The notes under the pieces are model-generated. The model made no database searches, was not told the origin of the DNA, and saw only the letters and a list, made by a program, of their open reading frames with translations. A stretch of 64,000 nt of DNA, taken from the NCBI GenBank assembly GCA_016748015.1, contig JAAOMT010000176.1, positions 234,434 to 298,433 of the forward strand, read 5' to 3'. Shown here piece by piece: positions 34,701 through 49,165 of the stretch (position 1 is its first letter; the number at the start of each line of letters is the position of its first letter). Source of the stretch: Geosiphon pyriformis uo1 (lineage: Eukaryota > Fungi > Glomeromycota). A program made the translations under genes and the position numbers.

Positions 34701-37700
34701 TTTACTTTTTGTAATTGTTGAAAAACTTTCTACAGGTAAATCAAATAAGCTTCAAAACTTAAAAAGTACACATTAGTATTATTAAGATAGACAACTACTG
34801 ATTGCCATAAAAGTTTTTTATAAACAACATTCACAAGTCTTTAGAATATTGTTAATATATTGCAAAGTCCAAAAAACATAACATTAAACTTGTAGTTTCT
34901 TTTTTGTATAGTAAATACTGTTTTAAGATAGTTTTTAAGATTTATTTCAACTTGCTAGTATTTGTTTTCTAAGTCTAAAGTTAAAAAGAACTTGGCTTTT
35001 TCAAGAGCATCTAACATATTGTTAATTCTTAGAAGAGTATAAGCATCTCTAATTATTATATTATTCAATTGTTAATAATCAACACAAAATCTGATTTTTT
35101 CGTTTTTTTTTTAACAAAAACTATTGATGAGGCCCATAGACTTTTTAATAATTAAATAAAACTATTATTAAGCATTTGTTGCACTTTTTCTCTAATAAAT
35201 TAATGGCTGGTAGATAAAATTTAATATGTTTAATGATGTTTTGGTGAAGTATTTTTTGTGTGAATTTAATGTTAAACAATATTAATTTTTTCTAAGTTAT
35301 TATTGTCTTTTGCAAATATATCAGCATATTTGACAATTAGTTGTTTTAATTATCTTTATTGTTGGAATTCCAAGAGACTTATATTGATTCAAAAAAGTTT
35401 CTCTTCTATTATGTGATTGTTTTCAATAGTGGAACTGATATTTGAGTTTAAAAGTAGTGTGTATTTTACAAATTTGATGAAATTAAAAACAATTTGAAGA
35501 GTTTTTTCTTAAAAGATATTACTATATATAATTTCAATTTTTAATTTATTTAATAAAATAATGAGGTGTTTGTTAAAATTTTAAAAAATAATCTGAAATT
35601 TTTTCATTTTTTTTAGAATATAAACATTTAAAATTAAGATTTTATGCTTTAAACAGATTTGTTTATTTAATTTAAAGATTTATTAGGTGGTAATAGGTTT
35701 TAAACAAATGTAAATTTTGTAATATTTTTTAAATGATAAGATAGTAATTGGTTGTAAAAGTCAAAAAATCTGGTAAGATTTATTTTGTGCCTTAAGAGTT
35801 ATGTTTACTGGAACTGTGAATTGTTTAGTTAAACCAAAACTTTGGGTTCCTCTGTTATTTTTGTCTAATTGTTCTTTTTGATTGACTGGTTGTAAACTCA
35901 AAATGTTAATTAAGACTAAGTAAATTACTTAGACAATTTTTTTAGTATGCTTTATCTTAAATGACTTTTCTGTTTTATTTTGTAACATAATTGTGATGTC
36001 TTTGGTATATCCTGTATTTATAACTTCCTTTAATATTAATTTTTTTGTTTGCCAATAATAATTGGGAAGCAATTTGAACTATTGCTTTTGGTAGTATTTC
36101 AAAAATAATTCTAAGATTGATTTTTGTTAAAGACTTGAATTAAAAGATTAGGATATTTTTGTTTGAATATTATAAGTCATATTCAACATTAATTTTATGG
36201 GTTTTTTTGGCTTGATCTCTTGACTATTATTGTCAAAATACTTGAGTTGCATGATAGATTGATTTTCGATCAAATAAACTGGTGTTGTTGTGATTTTTTT
36301 TTTGGTTTAGGTTCTTCAAATTTAATTTTGTGCTTGTTGTTTTTATTGAACAAGGAGATACTAAGAGCATAGCATTCTGAACACTATTTATTATTATAAA
36401 ACATAATGCATTTTTTGCATAATTGAATATTTATTTGCTTTAATTATTGAATTTAAGCTTTTTGGATCAGATAAGTATAGCTGGCAATTTGATGATATAC
36501 TTTTACTTCATCTTTATAGTTATATCTAATAATTTCAATGATGTATTTGATGTATTTAGTTTATTTTATCTAATAAACATCTTCTTGGATTCCTTTATTA
36601 ATTAAAATTATGGCTAGTTTATAAATTATTTCAATATTAAGTGAATAATAATAAAGTTTATTAAGAGTACTATTATAAACAGCATCAAATAAGGTTTTTC
36701 TTTTTACTTTTTCCATAATTAATAAAACATATTGGCAAGTTTAATTACAAACTCTTCTTTTCATTGTAATATTAATCCAGTTGTATTTTTCTGGTAGTAG
36801 TTTTTTACATGTGAAACAAAGAGTGTTGTCTTATTTTCCACTTTGTTTAGAGTATTTAAATTGTTTCTAGTAATATGTTTTATAGTAATAGCAAGTGCAT
36901 GTCTTATATTCTTCTTCTGGTAATATATAAGCTTTTATAGATAAAAGCTTTTTGTTGTAATTTTTGCATTTGAGTAAGATATATAGTAGTTGTTTTTGTA
37001 GTTTTGGTTTAGAATACCAAATTTTATTTCAACTACTAGTTTCTTCAAAAAATTTTTGTTCTGTTTCTTTGGCCCAATTAGATATTGATTTAAAAGCCAT
37101 ATAAGTTTTGATAATTGGAATTTCTTTCTCTTCAAATTTAAACACAAAAGCTTTTTTGATTATTTGTTAAAAGTATCACAAGTAACAAGTACTTTGGTGT
37201 ATTGTCTTTGATATAAAATCTTGAGTTTTTGGGTTTTTCAATCTAAATTTGCATTGGCTTTGAGGAGCCAGTTGTTTTCAACAAGAATTTGGTATTAGAA
37301 TATATTCATAACAAAAACTTTAACTGGAATAATGATTTCATTGATTAAAAAAGAGAAATTATTAATTTTTTTCATTGAAGTTTTTTTTATACTATTAGCT
37401 ATAACAATAATTGTTTGGGCTGGTCAGTTAATATTTTGTTTGAATTGTTGTATTAATTGATATGTAATAATGCTTTTGACAGATCTACTATTTAAGATTA
37501 GTTAAATTGATTTTTCTTCAACTTTAGTTTTAATATATATTGCTGTAATTGCTTTTTGTTTTATAACTGCTGCATTATTGAGTAAGAATAGTGATTTATT
37601 GACTTCAAATTTGAATAAAAAGATATCAGAAAAATTGGTATTTTGGATAATTTGAATTGGTGGAATAGTATTATTGAAAAGATTTTGTTTAAAACTGTAG

Positions 37701-39561
37701 CTTTACCTTTAAAAAGTGTAATTTGTTGAAAATTCGATTTTTCTGATATTATAAAATAACTAGGTTGTGTATAGTAATAATTAAGTCTTTGTTGAATTGA
37801 ATTTTAAAAAACTAATTGGCTATTGAGATTAAATCTATTGTTGTTTGTTGTAAATTAGTTTTGCAATGCAAATTGGTTTTGTTAAACTAATTTTTAAGCA
37901 GATATTTAATATTGCTAAACTGGTAGTTATTGATATTGTTGTTAATTAGATTATAAAGCAGATTAATAATAATTGTTCTAATATTGAAGCCTTGATAGAT
38001 TGTAAGATGGTGGTGAAGATTAGTAATAGATTTGTTATGATTGGGAATAATATTGATTATTTTTTTGCTGCTAGTCTTATTGTATTTTTTGGCAATTTTG
38101 TTTTCAATGTTCTGGAATTTCACAATAGTAACAGCTTTGACTTTGACTGTTTGATGATAAAAAGTTGCTTGAATTTTGTTATTGTGGTAATTAATATTTC
38201 TGTTGTTGCTATTGTTATTGGTTGGTAAAATAGTTTTTAACTTTTTTTGCAAGTTAATCAATTATTTTTTTAGCTGCTAAGCTGGTTTTGTTGATTGCAA
38301 AATTGATGAGTTTAGTATAGTTTGTTTCTTTCATTGCTATTTTATAGTTTTTTGCATGTTAAATAATTGTAGCTAAGTCTGTTAGAGTGTAGAAATAAAC
38401 TTTTTTGATCAATTTATCTTTTAATTCAGCTATAAATTAGTCCAAAATTTAAGCATTAGAATAATACTTATTGGTTTTTAATTGTTAAATTTGTTGGAAA
38501 AACTTGTTGAATTTCTTAAAATAAGTTATAACAAATTTAGAAGATTCTTGTTTAATGTTTTGAAATTGGTTTTGGAAAGTAATAAAAATGTTGTCATTAG
38601 TAAATTGTTTCAAAAAAGCATCTTTAAATGTTTGCCAGTTTTTAAACCATTTGTCTACTGCTTTTTAAAGAAAGTATAAAATTGTTTTTAATATTCTTAC
38701 TGCATTCTATTTATTTGTATTTTCTGCTTTTTGAACTTTATCAAGCCATTTTTGTGAACTAATGTCAGCATTTTTTTCAGTAAATTTAGTAATTTTTACA
38801 ATGTAAGTGGTTGTTATTTCTTTTGTATTTTTGTTTTTAGTAGTTTTTTTTTCTGTAAATTCAAAAATGTTTTTATTGTTATCAGAGTAATTGCTTTGGT
38901 TCTCTGTTAAAAAATTGAGAAAGTTAGTATTAGTAAATACTGATTTTGGTTGTTAAATAAGGCTTTTTGATAAGATAAAATTTCCTGGTTTCAAAAACCA
39001 GATAAGAGATAAATTAAGTGTTTGCAATTGAGCAAGTAAAATTAAAAATAGTGTAATAAAGAGTGGTAATTTGATACTGGTTCTTTGTTTAGGTGTTTGC
39101 AGATATTTGGCAGTTATTTTTAGTATATTGTGGATTGTTCTTAGATTTTGATTTTGTTTGTTGTTATTTTTAGGTTCTAATTCTATATTTAAAAAGAATT
39201 TGGATTGTCCTAGATATTTTTTTTCACAATATTAAATAATATTAAAGTTGAATTTCTAAAAGTAGATGTTGAGTATTTTATTGTTAAAGTCTTCTGTTTT
39301 TAAGTAAAAATAGTATAATAAATTTTTGTAAAGATTGTTTCTGATTTCTGAAATATTGTAGTTTCCAAAAAGATAATTGTTAATACAGTTTTTAATATAT
39401 TAGTATAATGATTTCTTGAAAATTTCAATTCTATCTTGAATGTTAAATTTTTGTTTACAGTAAATGTAAATTGATTAATAATACTTTAAAGTTATTGTAT
39501 TAGATATAATTATCACTTTAAAGTTGTTATTGCTGTGTTATTTTTATGAAAAAACACCAAA

Positions 39562-39820
39562 TATTACTGGAGATTTTTGGTCTTTTTTTTTAAATATGGT
39601 TAATATTTGTTTGCTGTTAATTCACGTTTTTTGAAAGCAGTTGAATCTCTAATAACTGAATTTATTTTCAAATTATCTCCTATAATTTGAATTGCTAGAC
39701 TTATAAGTAAAATAACCAATTCTGTACCAGTTATTTTATGTAGTTATTTTGTAGTAAAAATCAATTTTTTTAAGAATTGCTTATTTAAAAGCTTATTAAA
39801 AATATGTAGTTATTTTGTGG
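39562..39820 (-). repeat. Partial 5' LTR (U5 side) of Gypsy-A2
   Basis: Matches ~30790-31035, then breaks after TGTGG into a family-B LTR. Confidence 0.85.
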
Positions 39821-42800
39821 TATTACAAGTAATTATTTGGAATATTAAAACAAATAACAAACCTGTAACTTAGTGTTTAATAGCTGTTAATAATAGTGGT
39901 TTTTAAAGATTTTGGTTAAGTTTTTTGTATAATAGACAGAGATTTAATTAATGGTTTTTTCTGTGAATTTTTTTTTAGTATGGTAACTGGTTTATTCTAA
40001 CAGTTATGCTCTTTTAATGAGTTATTTTTAAGTTTTTTACCCTTGTTTCTGGGTCTTTTACCAGACTATCTTTGAGATTAATTACTTAATGGTTAATCTC
40101 TTAATCAATTAGTAAACCACAAAAAAAATAAAATAAAAAAATAAAATAAAAAATTAGTATTTGTCAATAGTCATAATTAAGAGTTATTGATTTAGTGTAA
40201 TTAAGTATTAGATTTTATCAACATGGAGTGTTGATAGTGTAGAATAAATTAATATTTCTTTAATCAAATAATGATAACATAGATTTGAATAATAATAAAT
40301 GTTTTATTAATATAAATATAATTTCACTTCAAGTTATAAAAAACTATTTTTTAAAGGAAGAAGTATTGTTATTCTGAACTAAATTGTCTGCCCTTCTTGT
40401 TTCTAATACTTTTACTATATATACATAATTTATATTATACAATATTTCTTAAAATCTTTCAATTCTTTTAAAAAAATCTTGGAATTCTAAAATTCTTCTT
40501 TTTACTATGCTTATTTCTAATTGGCTATTTTATCTACTTATTATAATTCCTAATTTCTATGAGTAATATTATTCTCTCTTTTTAATATTGAGTTCTGTTA
40601 AGATCTTCTAAATTTTTTAAATCTTCTTCTTGAATTAGCTCCATAATTTTTTTTTTAAGAATTACTTTTATAATTCTAGTCTGCAATTTTTCAAATTAAA
40701 TATTGATTAATTTTTCCAGTTAATTAATAATTATTGTACTTATTTTTGAGTGTAGCAGTATTTTTGGCCAGTTCTGAAATTCTATTTGTAGTTAATAAAT
40801 AACTTTTATATATGTAAATAAATTGTTTTTTTCCATAATTTGTTTAATTTGTTGTACTATAATTAGATCAAATATACTTTTGGTTTTATTTATATATAAG
40901 TTCTAAATATTTAGTTTCTGTTTTAACTGAAAATAACAAAAGTTTTTAAAAATTTGTTATGTCTATTGGTTTCAATTTTTTAAAACAAATTTTTCATTTT
41001 GTATTAATATTCTTGGAGTTTTCAATATTTTATTATTTTTATTATTATTTTATATACTGGATTTTCAAAAGTATAATATTTAAAGTATTGTTCTTTACTT
41101 TGTAATCTTTTAATTATTCTTTTGTCTTTAAATTATATTGTTTATTTGTTAATAATAACTTTAAAACTTGATTTCTGATGTTAAATAAGTTGTAAAAGTT
41201 ATTATGTAAATAAGTAAATATTGTTAATAATTTCTATTTTTATTATATTATATGTATTGGTTTTTTATATACTGTTCTGGTTAATCAATTTAACATGTTT
41301 GTTTCAATAATTATGATTGGTTCCAAATCTTGTAGAATCTTATCTGATTTAATTAGTATTTGTTGTACTTTTAATTATAAAATATTATTGGTAGATAATA
41401 AGCTATATTGTGATATAATTTTAGTTAATTACCATATACTGTTTTGGCTAAGATTTTATTGTCTTATCTTAATTTGTATGTTTTATTTCTTTAATATAAA
41501 ATAGATTATTTTATTTGAAATTAAAATTTCTACTCCATTGTTTTTCTACTTTGGTATAATATAAGAGTACTTTGTTTCTTATCCTGAATTCAATTGGTTT
41601 ATTTAGTAATTGGTTGTTATGTTATTTTTTTTTGTTTTGCTTGTAATTTTTGTATATTATCAACTGCTTTTTGTTTTTTATTTTTTAGAGTTTTTATTAA
41701 GTTATATGTTTTTTTTAGCAATGTTTTTTAAAAGTTGGTTTCTGTTATTGGTTTAATTAGATATATATTAATATCTATTTTAACTGGTATTATGACTGTT
41801 TTACTATAAATTAGTTTAAATAGTATTGCTTATATAATATCTTGCTTTATTGTTTAATAAGCAATAATACTAATAATATAAACAAATCCTATTTATTCTG
41901 GTTTTTTTGGCTTATCTTAGTTATTGCTTCACATAGTGTTCTGTTAAATTTTTCAACTAAATTATTAGTTTATGAATAATATAAAAATAATAATGGTTAT
42001 TTGATTCCAAATCTCTGATTTAATTCTGTTAATTTTTTGTTTACAAAGTGAGTTTTCTAATTTAATAATAATTTTTTTGAACATTTATGTCAATAAATCA
42101 AATCTTGATATATAAATTTGGCTACAGATTTTGTATTTGCTTTTTGAATTGCTTTTGCTTCTGGCTATTTTGTAAAATAATTTATAACTACTGCTATATA
42201 TTGGTTGCTTCTACTAATTATTGTTAATAATCTGACTAAGTTAATTCCAATTCAATTAAATAGTTGTTTTATTTTAATTGGTCTTAGTAATTTACTGGAT
42301 TTTATTCCTTTTTTTTTGACAAACATTACAACTTTGAACATATTAGATGATATCTAGATATATTAATAGCCAATAATATCTTTTTTTGGTCATTTCTATG
42401 ATTGTTTTTTTATAAAATATTCTGTAGTTAGATCTGAGTACATATTGAGCAATATTGTTTTTTTTCTGGTTCTATAATTACTTTGAGTGATTAATCTAGA
42501 TTTTTTTTGTTTTTCCAATATAGTATATTTTAGTATATAATAAAATATTTTGATTGTTGTTTTATATGGTTTTGTTCTTTTTAAAATAATTTTTTTTTGA
42601 ACTTTTAAGTATTAATATAATGTTAAAGTTGTTGATATTTTTGTGTATTTATCTTTTGTTATATTTTTAAATTGAAATGCTTTTAGATTTATTTTATTTG
42701 TAACAATTCTTCAACATTTCTGTTTTCTTTTTTCTTTTTATAGTGTACTGTATAATTAAATAATAAGAGTTCTATTTTTTATTTGACATAGTAATTATTT

Positions 42801-44016
42801 CCAAATTCTTGTTTTTAGATTGATGTTAATTTTTTGTAATTAGTATATATCTTAAACTTTTAATTCAAGTATTTTTTCTATTTTATAACAGCCCAATAGA
42901 TAGCTAAGTGTTTTAATACTAATATGTCATAGTTTTTTTCAGTTAATATATATCACTAAATTTTCTTGTCTATCTGCTCTTTTTTGTGATAACACAGCTC
43001 CCAATGTTTGACCAGATGTATTAGTAATGATCATGAATGGCTTACTATAATCTGAATAGATTAATATTAGAGCTTAAATAAGCTTTCTTTTTAAGATATT
43101 AAAGCTTTTTATTGAGTTTTAGTTTATTTATTATTATTTATAGAAATTAAAATTATAATAATAGATAAAATATCCAATTAGAAATAGAAATAGTAAAAAA
43201 AAAAATTCTAAAATTGTAGGATTCTTCTTAAAAAATTGCAGAATTTCAGAATTTTTTTTAAAGAAATTAAAAAATTTCAAAAAATTTTATATAACATAAA
43301 TTATGTATATATAGTAAAAGTATTAAAAACAAAAAAATAGTCAATTCAGACAAAACAATAGTTAACAATAATTACTTATTCCATACTTCTTCCTTCAAAA
43401 AATAATTTTCTATAACTTGAAATGAAATTACATCAATATTAATAAAATATCTAATTATTATCTAATCTATATTATTATTGCTTAATTAAAAATATTAATC
43501 ACTTATATATTATTAATACTTCATGTTAATAGAATTCAATATTTAACTATACTGAACTAATAGCTTTTAATCATGCTATTAATGAAATACTAATTTTTTA
43601 TTTTTTTTTCTTATTTTTTTTTATTTATTTTCTTTTGTTTTATTTCTCTATTGCTTACTAATTGATTAAAAAAATTAAGTATTGAGTATTTGAAGTCAAG
43701 AATAGCTTGATAAAAAACCTAAAAACAAGAATAAAAAACTTAAGAATAGCTTACCAAAAAGATACAATTGTCAAAATAAACTAACCACCATGCTAAAAAA
43801 AGAAATTCATAAAAAAAACCATTATTGAATCTTTTTTCATTATACAAAAGACTCAATCAAAATCTTTAAATACCAAAATCTCCAAAAATTACCAATATTT
43901 CCAGCTATTAAGCACTAAGTTACAGGTTTATTATTTGTTCCAACACCTCAAATATTTACTTGTAATATCATATTTAATGTTTTTTGCTTAAAGCTGATAG
44001 AGTAATTAAGTCAGTT
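39821..44016 (-). mobile_element. Gypsy-B2: 5'-truncated family-B element (3' LTR, ORF3, integrase, RNase H)
   Basis: 3' LTR 39821-40568, PPT 40569-40585, ORF3 remnant ~40587-41215, integrase ~41285-42652, RNase H ~42660-43050; collinear with Gypsy-B1 47090-49710. Confidence 0.85.
43132..43967 (+). repeat. Solo LTR (family B2) inserted antisense into Gypsy-B2
   Basis: Reverse complement of 39821-40568; TSD TTAT/TCAT (43128-43131 and 43968-43971); host sequence resumes after it. Confidence 0.85.
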
Positions 44017-44600
44017 ATTCTTATAAGCAAAATATAAAACAAAATTTTGTACTTATCTTTAATATTTTATAATTACTTATTAATATTAGCTTTGATTATA
44101 AAAACCATGTTTTTTTTAATAAAAATAAAAATATTAGCCTGAAATTAATTATCTAATTCCATTATTGCTTTTTGCTACAGTCTTATTAATTGTATTTTGA
44201 TTATTTTATAATATTATATTCAACAAATACAACATATATAGTTTTTACAAATATTCTTACAAAATTTTTTTTATAATAACAGTTTAATTTATACAATTGT
44301 TTACAGACTTTTTAAAATTAGTGTTTATTACAATACTTTGATTATTTGTTAAATTTATTATAATTAATATTGCCTTTTTAGAAATAAAAGACATCTAAAT
44401 TATTTTACCAAATTTTAATGAAGTAAAAGCCTCTCCAAAATTGTTTATACTAAAGAAAATATTTTTAATAATTTTTAATTTATCTTGAAAAATTTTTTTA
44501 CTAATAGTTAACAGATTTATATTTAAGATAAAAAATCTATAAACCAAAATACATACCAATAACTTCAATAAAAGAGGAAAAAAAAAGAAAAAAAATTACT
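44017..44600 (-). pseudogene. Degenerate LINE 5' fragment (ORF1 RRM region)
   Basis: Translates to ..QDKLKIIKNIFFSINNFGEAFTSLKFGKII.. and ..IKIQLIRL*QKAIMEL.., homologous to LINE-1 ORF1. Confidence 0.7.
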
Positions 44601-44604
44601 TAAA

Positions 44605-44605
44605 A

Positions 44606-44641
<36 letters not shown>

Positions 44642-44645
44642 TACT
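44605..44645. repeat. (ATT)n microsatellite
   Basis: About 11 ATT units. Confidence 0.9.
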
Positions 44646-46227
44646 AAAATTAATTATACCAAAAAATTTTTTTAATACACATTTGTTACAATTTTTTTTG
44701 GCTTTTTAAAGGTTATATTAACATTTTTATAAGTAAATTTATTATTATTTCTAAGCTAAAAACTTGTTTTTTTAATAAAATACTTCTTATTTATGTTTAT
44801 ATTTTTTGTTTTAGTAGTATTTTCAGTTTTAGAATTAGCTACTGTTATAGATAAATCTGATAAAGTAATTGTAACTTTTAGTGTTTGTAATTTGATAATA
44901 GAAGCCAATTGAATATTAATGTAATAGTTTTTTTGGTTAAGTTAGTTATTAGTCTTTGAAAATTTTTTTGTTTAAAGTTATATCTATTGAGTTTTTTTGT
45001 TATAAAGAACAAAGTTTTGGTTTTTTAATTGTAATATGCTTATTGTATTTTTTTTAAGCTAATAAGTATAGTCACTAGAGTCTGGTATTGTTTTTTTGTT
45101 TTTTTGATAAGTTAACAAAATAAAGTTAATATTTAAATTTAAAAAAAAACTTTTTTTTTTTACTAAATTATCATAAAGTCTATTTTTAGACAGTTGATTT
45201 TCAATATTATTGCTCTATAAAAGAAAAGAAAAGAAAAAATCAAGATAAATAAATAAAAAAATTAATATTGTTAATTATTATAATTAAAAGTAATTGGTCC
45301 AAATTATTAAAGTTCTAAGACTCTTTTATACAAATAGCATTTGGTCTGAAGTAAAAATAACAAAGACAATTAATTTGATTTTAATAATCAAAATATTGAG
45401 ATTATATATAAGTAATTAAAAATAAAAAGATTTTATTAAATTGATTCGAAATATATATAATAAAATTGATTTTTTTCTAAGATTAAGATATTTAAAAAAG
45501 AAGTGATTTTTGTTTTTTTTTGCTTGTTTTTTTTTTTATTTGTTAAAACTGCTTATTTTTATACATATTTTTTAATTCTACAAAATTGTTTTTAATTGCT
45601 TATTATTACTAATTATTATTTGCTATTTTTATTATTGCTTTGTTTTTTATGTTATAATTAGTTATTTTGTATTATTTTACTTTATTGTATATTAATTTGT
45701 ATTATTCTAAGTTATTTTGTATTATTTTGTATTATCATATTTTTTTTATGTTATTACATATTAATCACATTTTTTAATAATTTTCGATTGGTTTTTCTAC
45801 TTGAGTAATACTGTTTTTCCAAATAACAGAATATTTTAAAAAACACCAGTGTTAATAATCACAACAAATTTCTTTAAAATTCTATTTTTACACTTTTTTT
45901 TAGCTAACAAATTTGTAATAACTAAATTAGTACCAAATTTTTTTGGTTTTTTTATACTTAAATTGTTTTTAATATCAACAGTTTTATATTTAAATAAAAA
46001 AAATTTAAAAATATCTAATTAAATACTAAGATAAAAGATAAAACAAAAAACTTTTTTCAAAAATATATTATTCTTTTTTGGAAATTTGGAATGTAAAAGA
46101 AAAAAAAGTTTTTTTATATTTATATACAAATTATTTAATTTTGAAAAAACAATATTAAAAAAACTTGTAAGTTTAATTATTTTGGTTTTTAAACTGTTTA
46201 ATTTAAAAATAAAATTATTAAAAACAT

Positions 46228-47089
46228 TATTACAAAAGATTATTTAGGGTCTCAAAACAAATAACAAATCTGTAATTTGGTGCTCAATTGATATAATGAT
46301 GTTAATTTCTGAAGGTGTTATGGATTTAAAGGTTTTGATTGAGTTTTTTATATAATAGACAGAGATTTATTATGGTGGATTTTGGTTGATTCCTCAAGTC
46401 ATTTTCCCAATTTCCGTCTTTAGCATAGTGGCTGGTTTAATCTGGCAGTCATGCCCTTCTAGTAAGCTATCTGTTACTATATATATAATTCTATTCTTAT
46501 TTTTGGGTCTTTTACCAAGCTATTCGTGATATTAATAACTTAGTACTTTAATCCTTTTAATACAACAACTAAAAAAAAAGAAAGAAAAATAAAAAAAAAG
46601 ACAAGAAAATATAAAAAAGTTAAGCCAAGGCAATTAAGTTAGTATTTTGTCAATAGCGATAATTAAGAGCTATTGTTTTAGTGTGGTCAAATATTAATTA
46701 CTATCAACATGAAGTGTTAATAATGGAAAGTGAATTGAGATAGCAAATAATTATTTATTGATACTTGTGATTTGGAAAGATTGCTTAGATTAAATTTAAA
46801 CTAGAAAGTCTGTTTTTTTTACTTCTAATACTACTGTTATATATACACAATTGAAATTCTTCAATTCCTCAATTCTTCACACCAAGAATTCTGGAATTTT
46901 TGGAATCTTGCAATTCTTTTGAGAGGAATCCTGGAATTCTGGAATCCTGTGATTCTTTATATGAGAATCTTAAAATTCTTGAAATTCTGCAATTCCTCTG
47001 AGAAGAATCCTGGAATTTCATATTTACTACAGCTACTTCTGATTGGCTAATTTATATGTTAATATACTTCCTATATTCTATAAGTAACA
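46228..47089 (-). repeat. 3' LTR of Gypsy-B1 (862 bp)
   Basis: Matches 55388-56259 with a 10-bp deletion. Confidence 0.93.
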
Positions 47090-47106
47090 TTATTTTCTTC
47101 TTTTTA

Positions 47107-47733
47107 ATATTGAGCTCCATCAAGATCTTCTAATTCTAATTCTCTATCTTTGCATATTTCTTGAACTTTTTTTTCAAGAATTACTTGTGTTATCTTGTTC
47201 TGTAATTCTTCAAATTGAGCATTGGTTATTTTTCCTATTTGGTTAACAGTAATGAAATCCATTGCTGGATTGAATAATATTTTAAGTTGGTTTTAAAATC
47301 CAACTTGTAGTCAATAAATAGTTCGTGCTTGTGTGGTTAGATTGTTTTTTCTCACAAATTGTTCTAGTTGTTGTAATATTTCTGGGTTGAATAATCGCTT
47401 TGTCTTATCTGTATATAAGTTCTGAATATTTAAGTGTTGTTCCAAGTGAAAATAACAAAAGTTTCTTGGAAATTGTTGTGTTTACTAATTTCATGTTTCT
47501 ATTGTCAACTCTGAATATTGGGTGACTTTTGGTTGTGCTTTTATTACCAATTTCACTTTTGTGATTATTTTTCCAATAGTGTTTTTTGTTTTTCTTTGTA
47601 TTTTATCTTATGGTCTCTTTTTGGTGTTTTTGTATTTGATGGTTTGTTGATTGATTGTAATTTCTATCTCTTGTTGTTGAATCAGTTGAAAGAGTTGTTG
47701 TGTTAGTGCATAGATATCATCAGTAATTTCCAT
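47107..47733 (-). pseudogene. Gypsy-B1 ORF3 homologue
   Basis: MEITDDIY...NFCYFHLEQHL...QARTIY*L..LKILFNPAMDFITVNQIGKITNAQFEELQNKITQVILE aligns with the C-terminal half of A1 ORF3. Confidence 0.75.
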
Positions 47734-47787
47734 TTTTCTGTTGTTTTTTGTCATGTTTATCATGTCTTTATATTTTTTTAGTTGTTT

Positions 47788-49165
47788 AATTTGACATGTT
47801 GGTATCAATGATAATAATTGGTTCTAGATTTTGTGGAATTTTATCTGGTTAAACTAGTATTCTTTGTACTCTTAATTATGAAATATTACTGGTAAATTAT
47901 GATACTATATAGTAATATGATTTCAGTCAATCACCATATGCTGCTTTGGTTAAGATTTTGTTCAACCTTAATTTATAAGCTCTATTTTCAAGAATTTTTT
48001 TTATGTAAAATGGTCCATCCTATTTGGGATCAAATTTTCCACTCCATTGTTTTTCTGCTTTGGTACAATATAAAAGTACTTTGTTTTCAATCTTGAATTC
48101 AACTGGTTTATCTTGTAGTTGGTTATTATGTCTTTTTTTTTGTTTTTCTTGTGACTTTTGGATGTTATCAGCTGCTCTTTATTATTTGTTTTCTAGAGTT
48201 TCTATCAAGTCATATGTTTTTCTTAGCAATGTTTCCTAAAAATTGTCTTTAATTATTGGTTCTGTTGAATATGTATTGACTTTTATCTCAACTGGTAATG
48301 TTGCTGTTCTACCATATACTAATTTAAATAGTGTTGCTTGTGTAGTGTTTTGCTTTATTGTTTGATAAGCAAATAATACTAATGGTATGAACAAATTCCA
48401 TTTGTCTTGATTTTTTTGGCTGATTTTGACAATTGCTTTACACAATGTTCTATTGAATTTTTCAACTAATCTATTGGTTTGTGAATAATATGGTGATAAT
48501 AATGGTCTTTTAATTCCAAATTTTTGACTTAATTCTGCTAATGTTCTATTCACAAAGTGAGTTCTTTGATCTGATAATAATTTTTTTGAATATTCATATC
48601 GACAAATTAGATTTTGATAAACAAATTTGGCAATAGATTCTGCATCTGCTCTTTAAATGGCTTTTGTTTCTGGCCACTTAGTAAGATAATCTATGACTAC
48701 TGTAATATATCTGTTTTCTTTTCTGGTTATTGTTAATGATCCAACTAAGTCAATTCCAATACAGTTAAATAATTGTTCCACTTTGATTGGTCTTAATAGT
48801 TTGTTGGGTTTTGTTCTTCCTTTTTTCTGACAAGCATCACAATTTTGAACATATTAGATGATATCTGGATACATTGATGGCCAATAGTATTTTTTCCTGG
48901 TTTTTTCTATAGTTGCTTCTTTATGAAAATGTCCTGCTGTTGAATCTGAGTACATATTAAACAATATTGTTTTTTTCTCTGGTTCTGTGATTACTCTGGT
49001 TAGTTGATCTGAATTCTTTTTGTTTTTCTGATAAAATATCTTTTGGTGAGTAATAAAATATTTGAATTGTTGTTTGATATGACTTTGTTCTTTTGGAGAT
49101 AATTTTTTCTTAAACTGCTGGGTATTAATATAGTGTTGGAGTTGTTGATATTTTTGTATATTTAT
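47788..49165 (-). pseudogene. Gypsy-B1 integrase (separate ORF)
   Basis: HHCC, DDE (48236..48553 fragment), GPF motif, terminal QNLEPIIII..TAA. Confidence 0.88.

Larger units (their letters stand above)
30786..39820 (-). mobile_element. Gypsy-A2: heavily mutated family-A element, 5' LTR truncated by Gypsy-B2 insertion
   Basis: 3' LTR ~30786-31704, PPT, ORF3 ~31675-32349, integrase ~32555-33937, RH/RT ~33990-35400, dUTPase ~35830-36230, protease ~37240-37530, knuckle CYYC..H....C ~38100-38140, gag GTG at 39516, PBS 39553-39559, partial 5' LTR 39562-39820. Confidence 0.9.
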
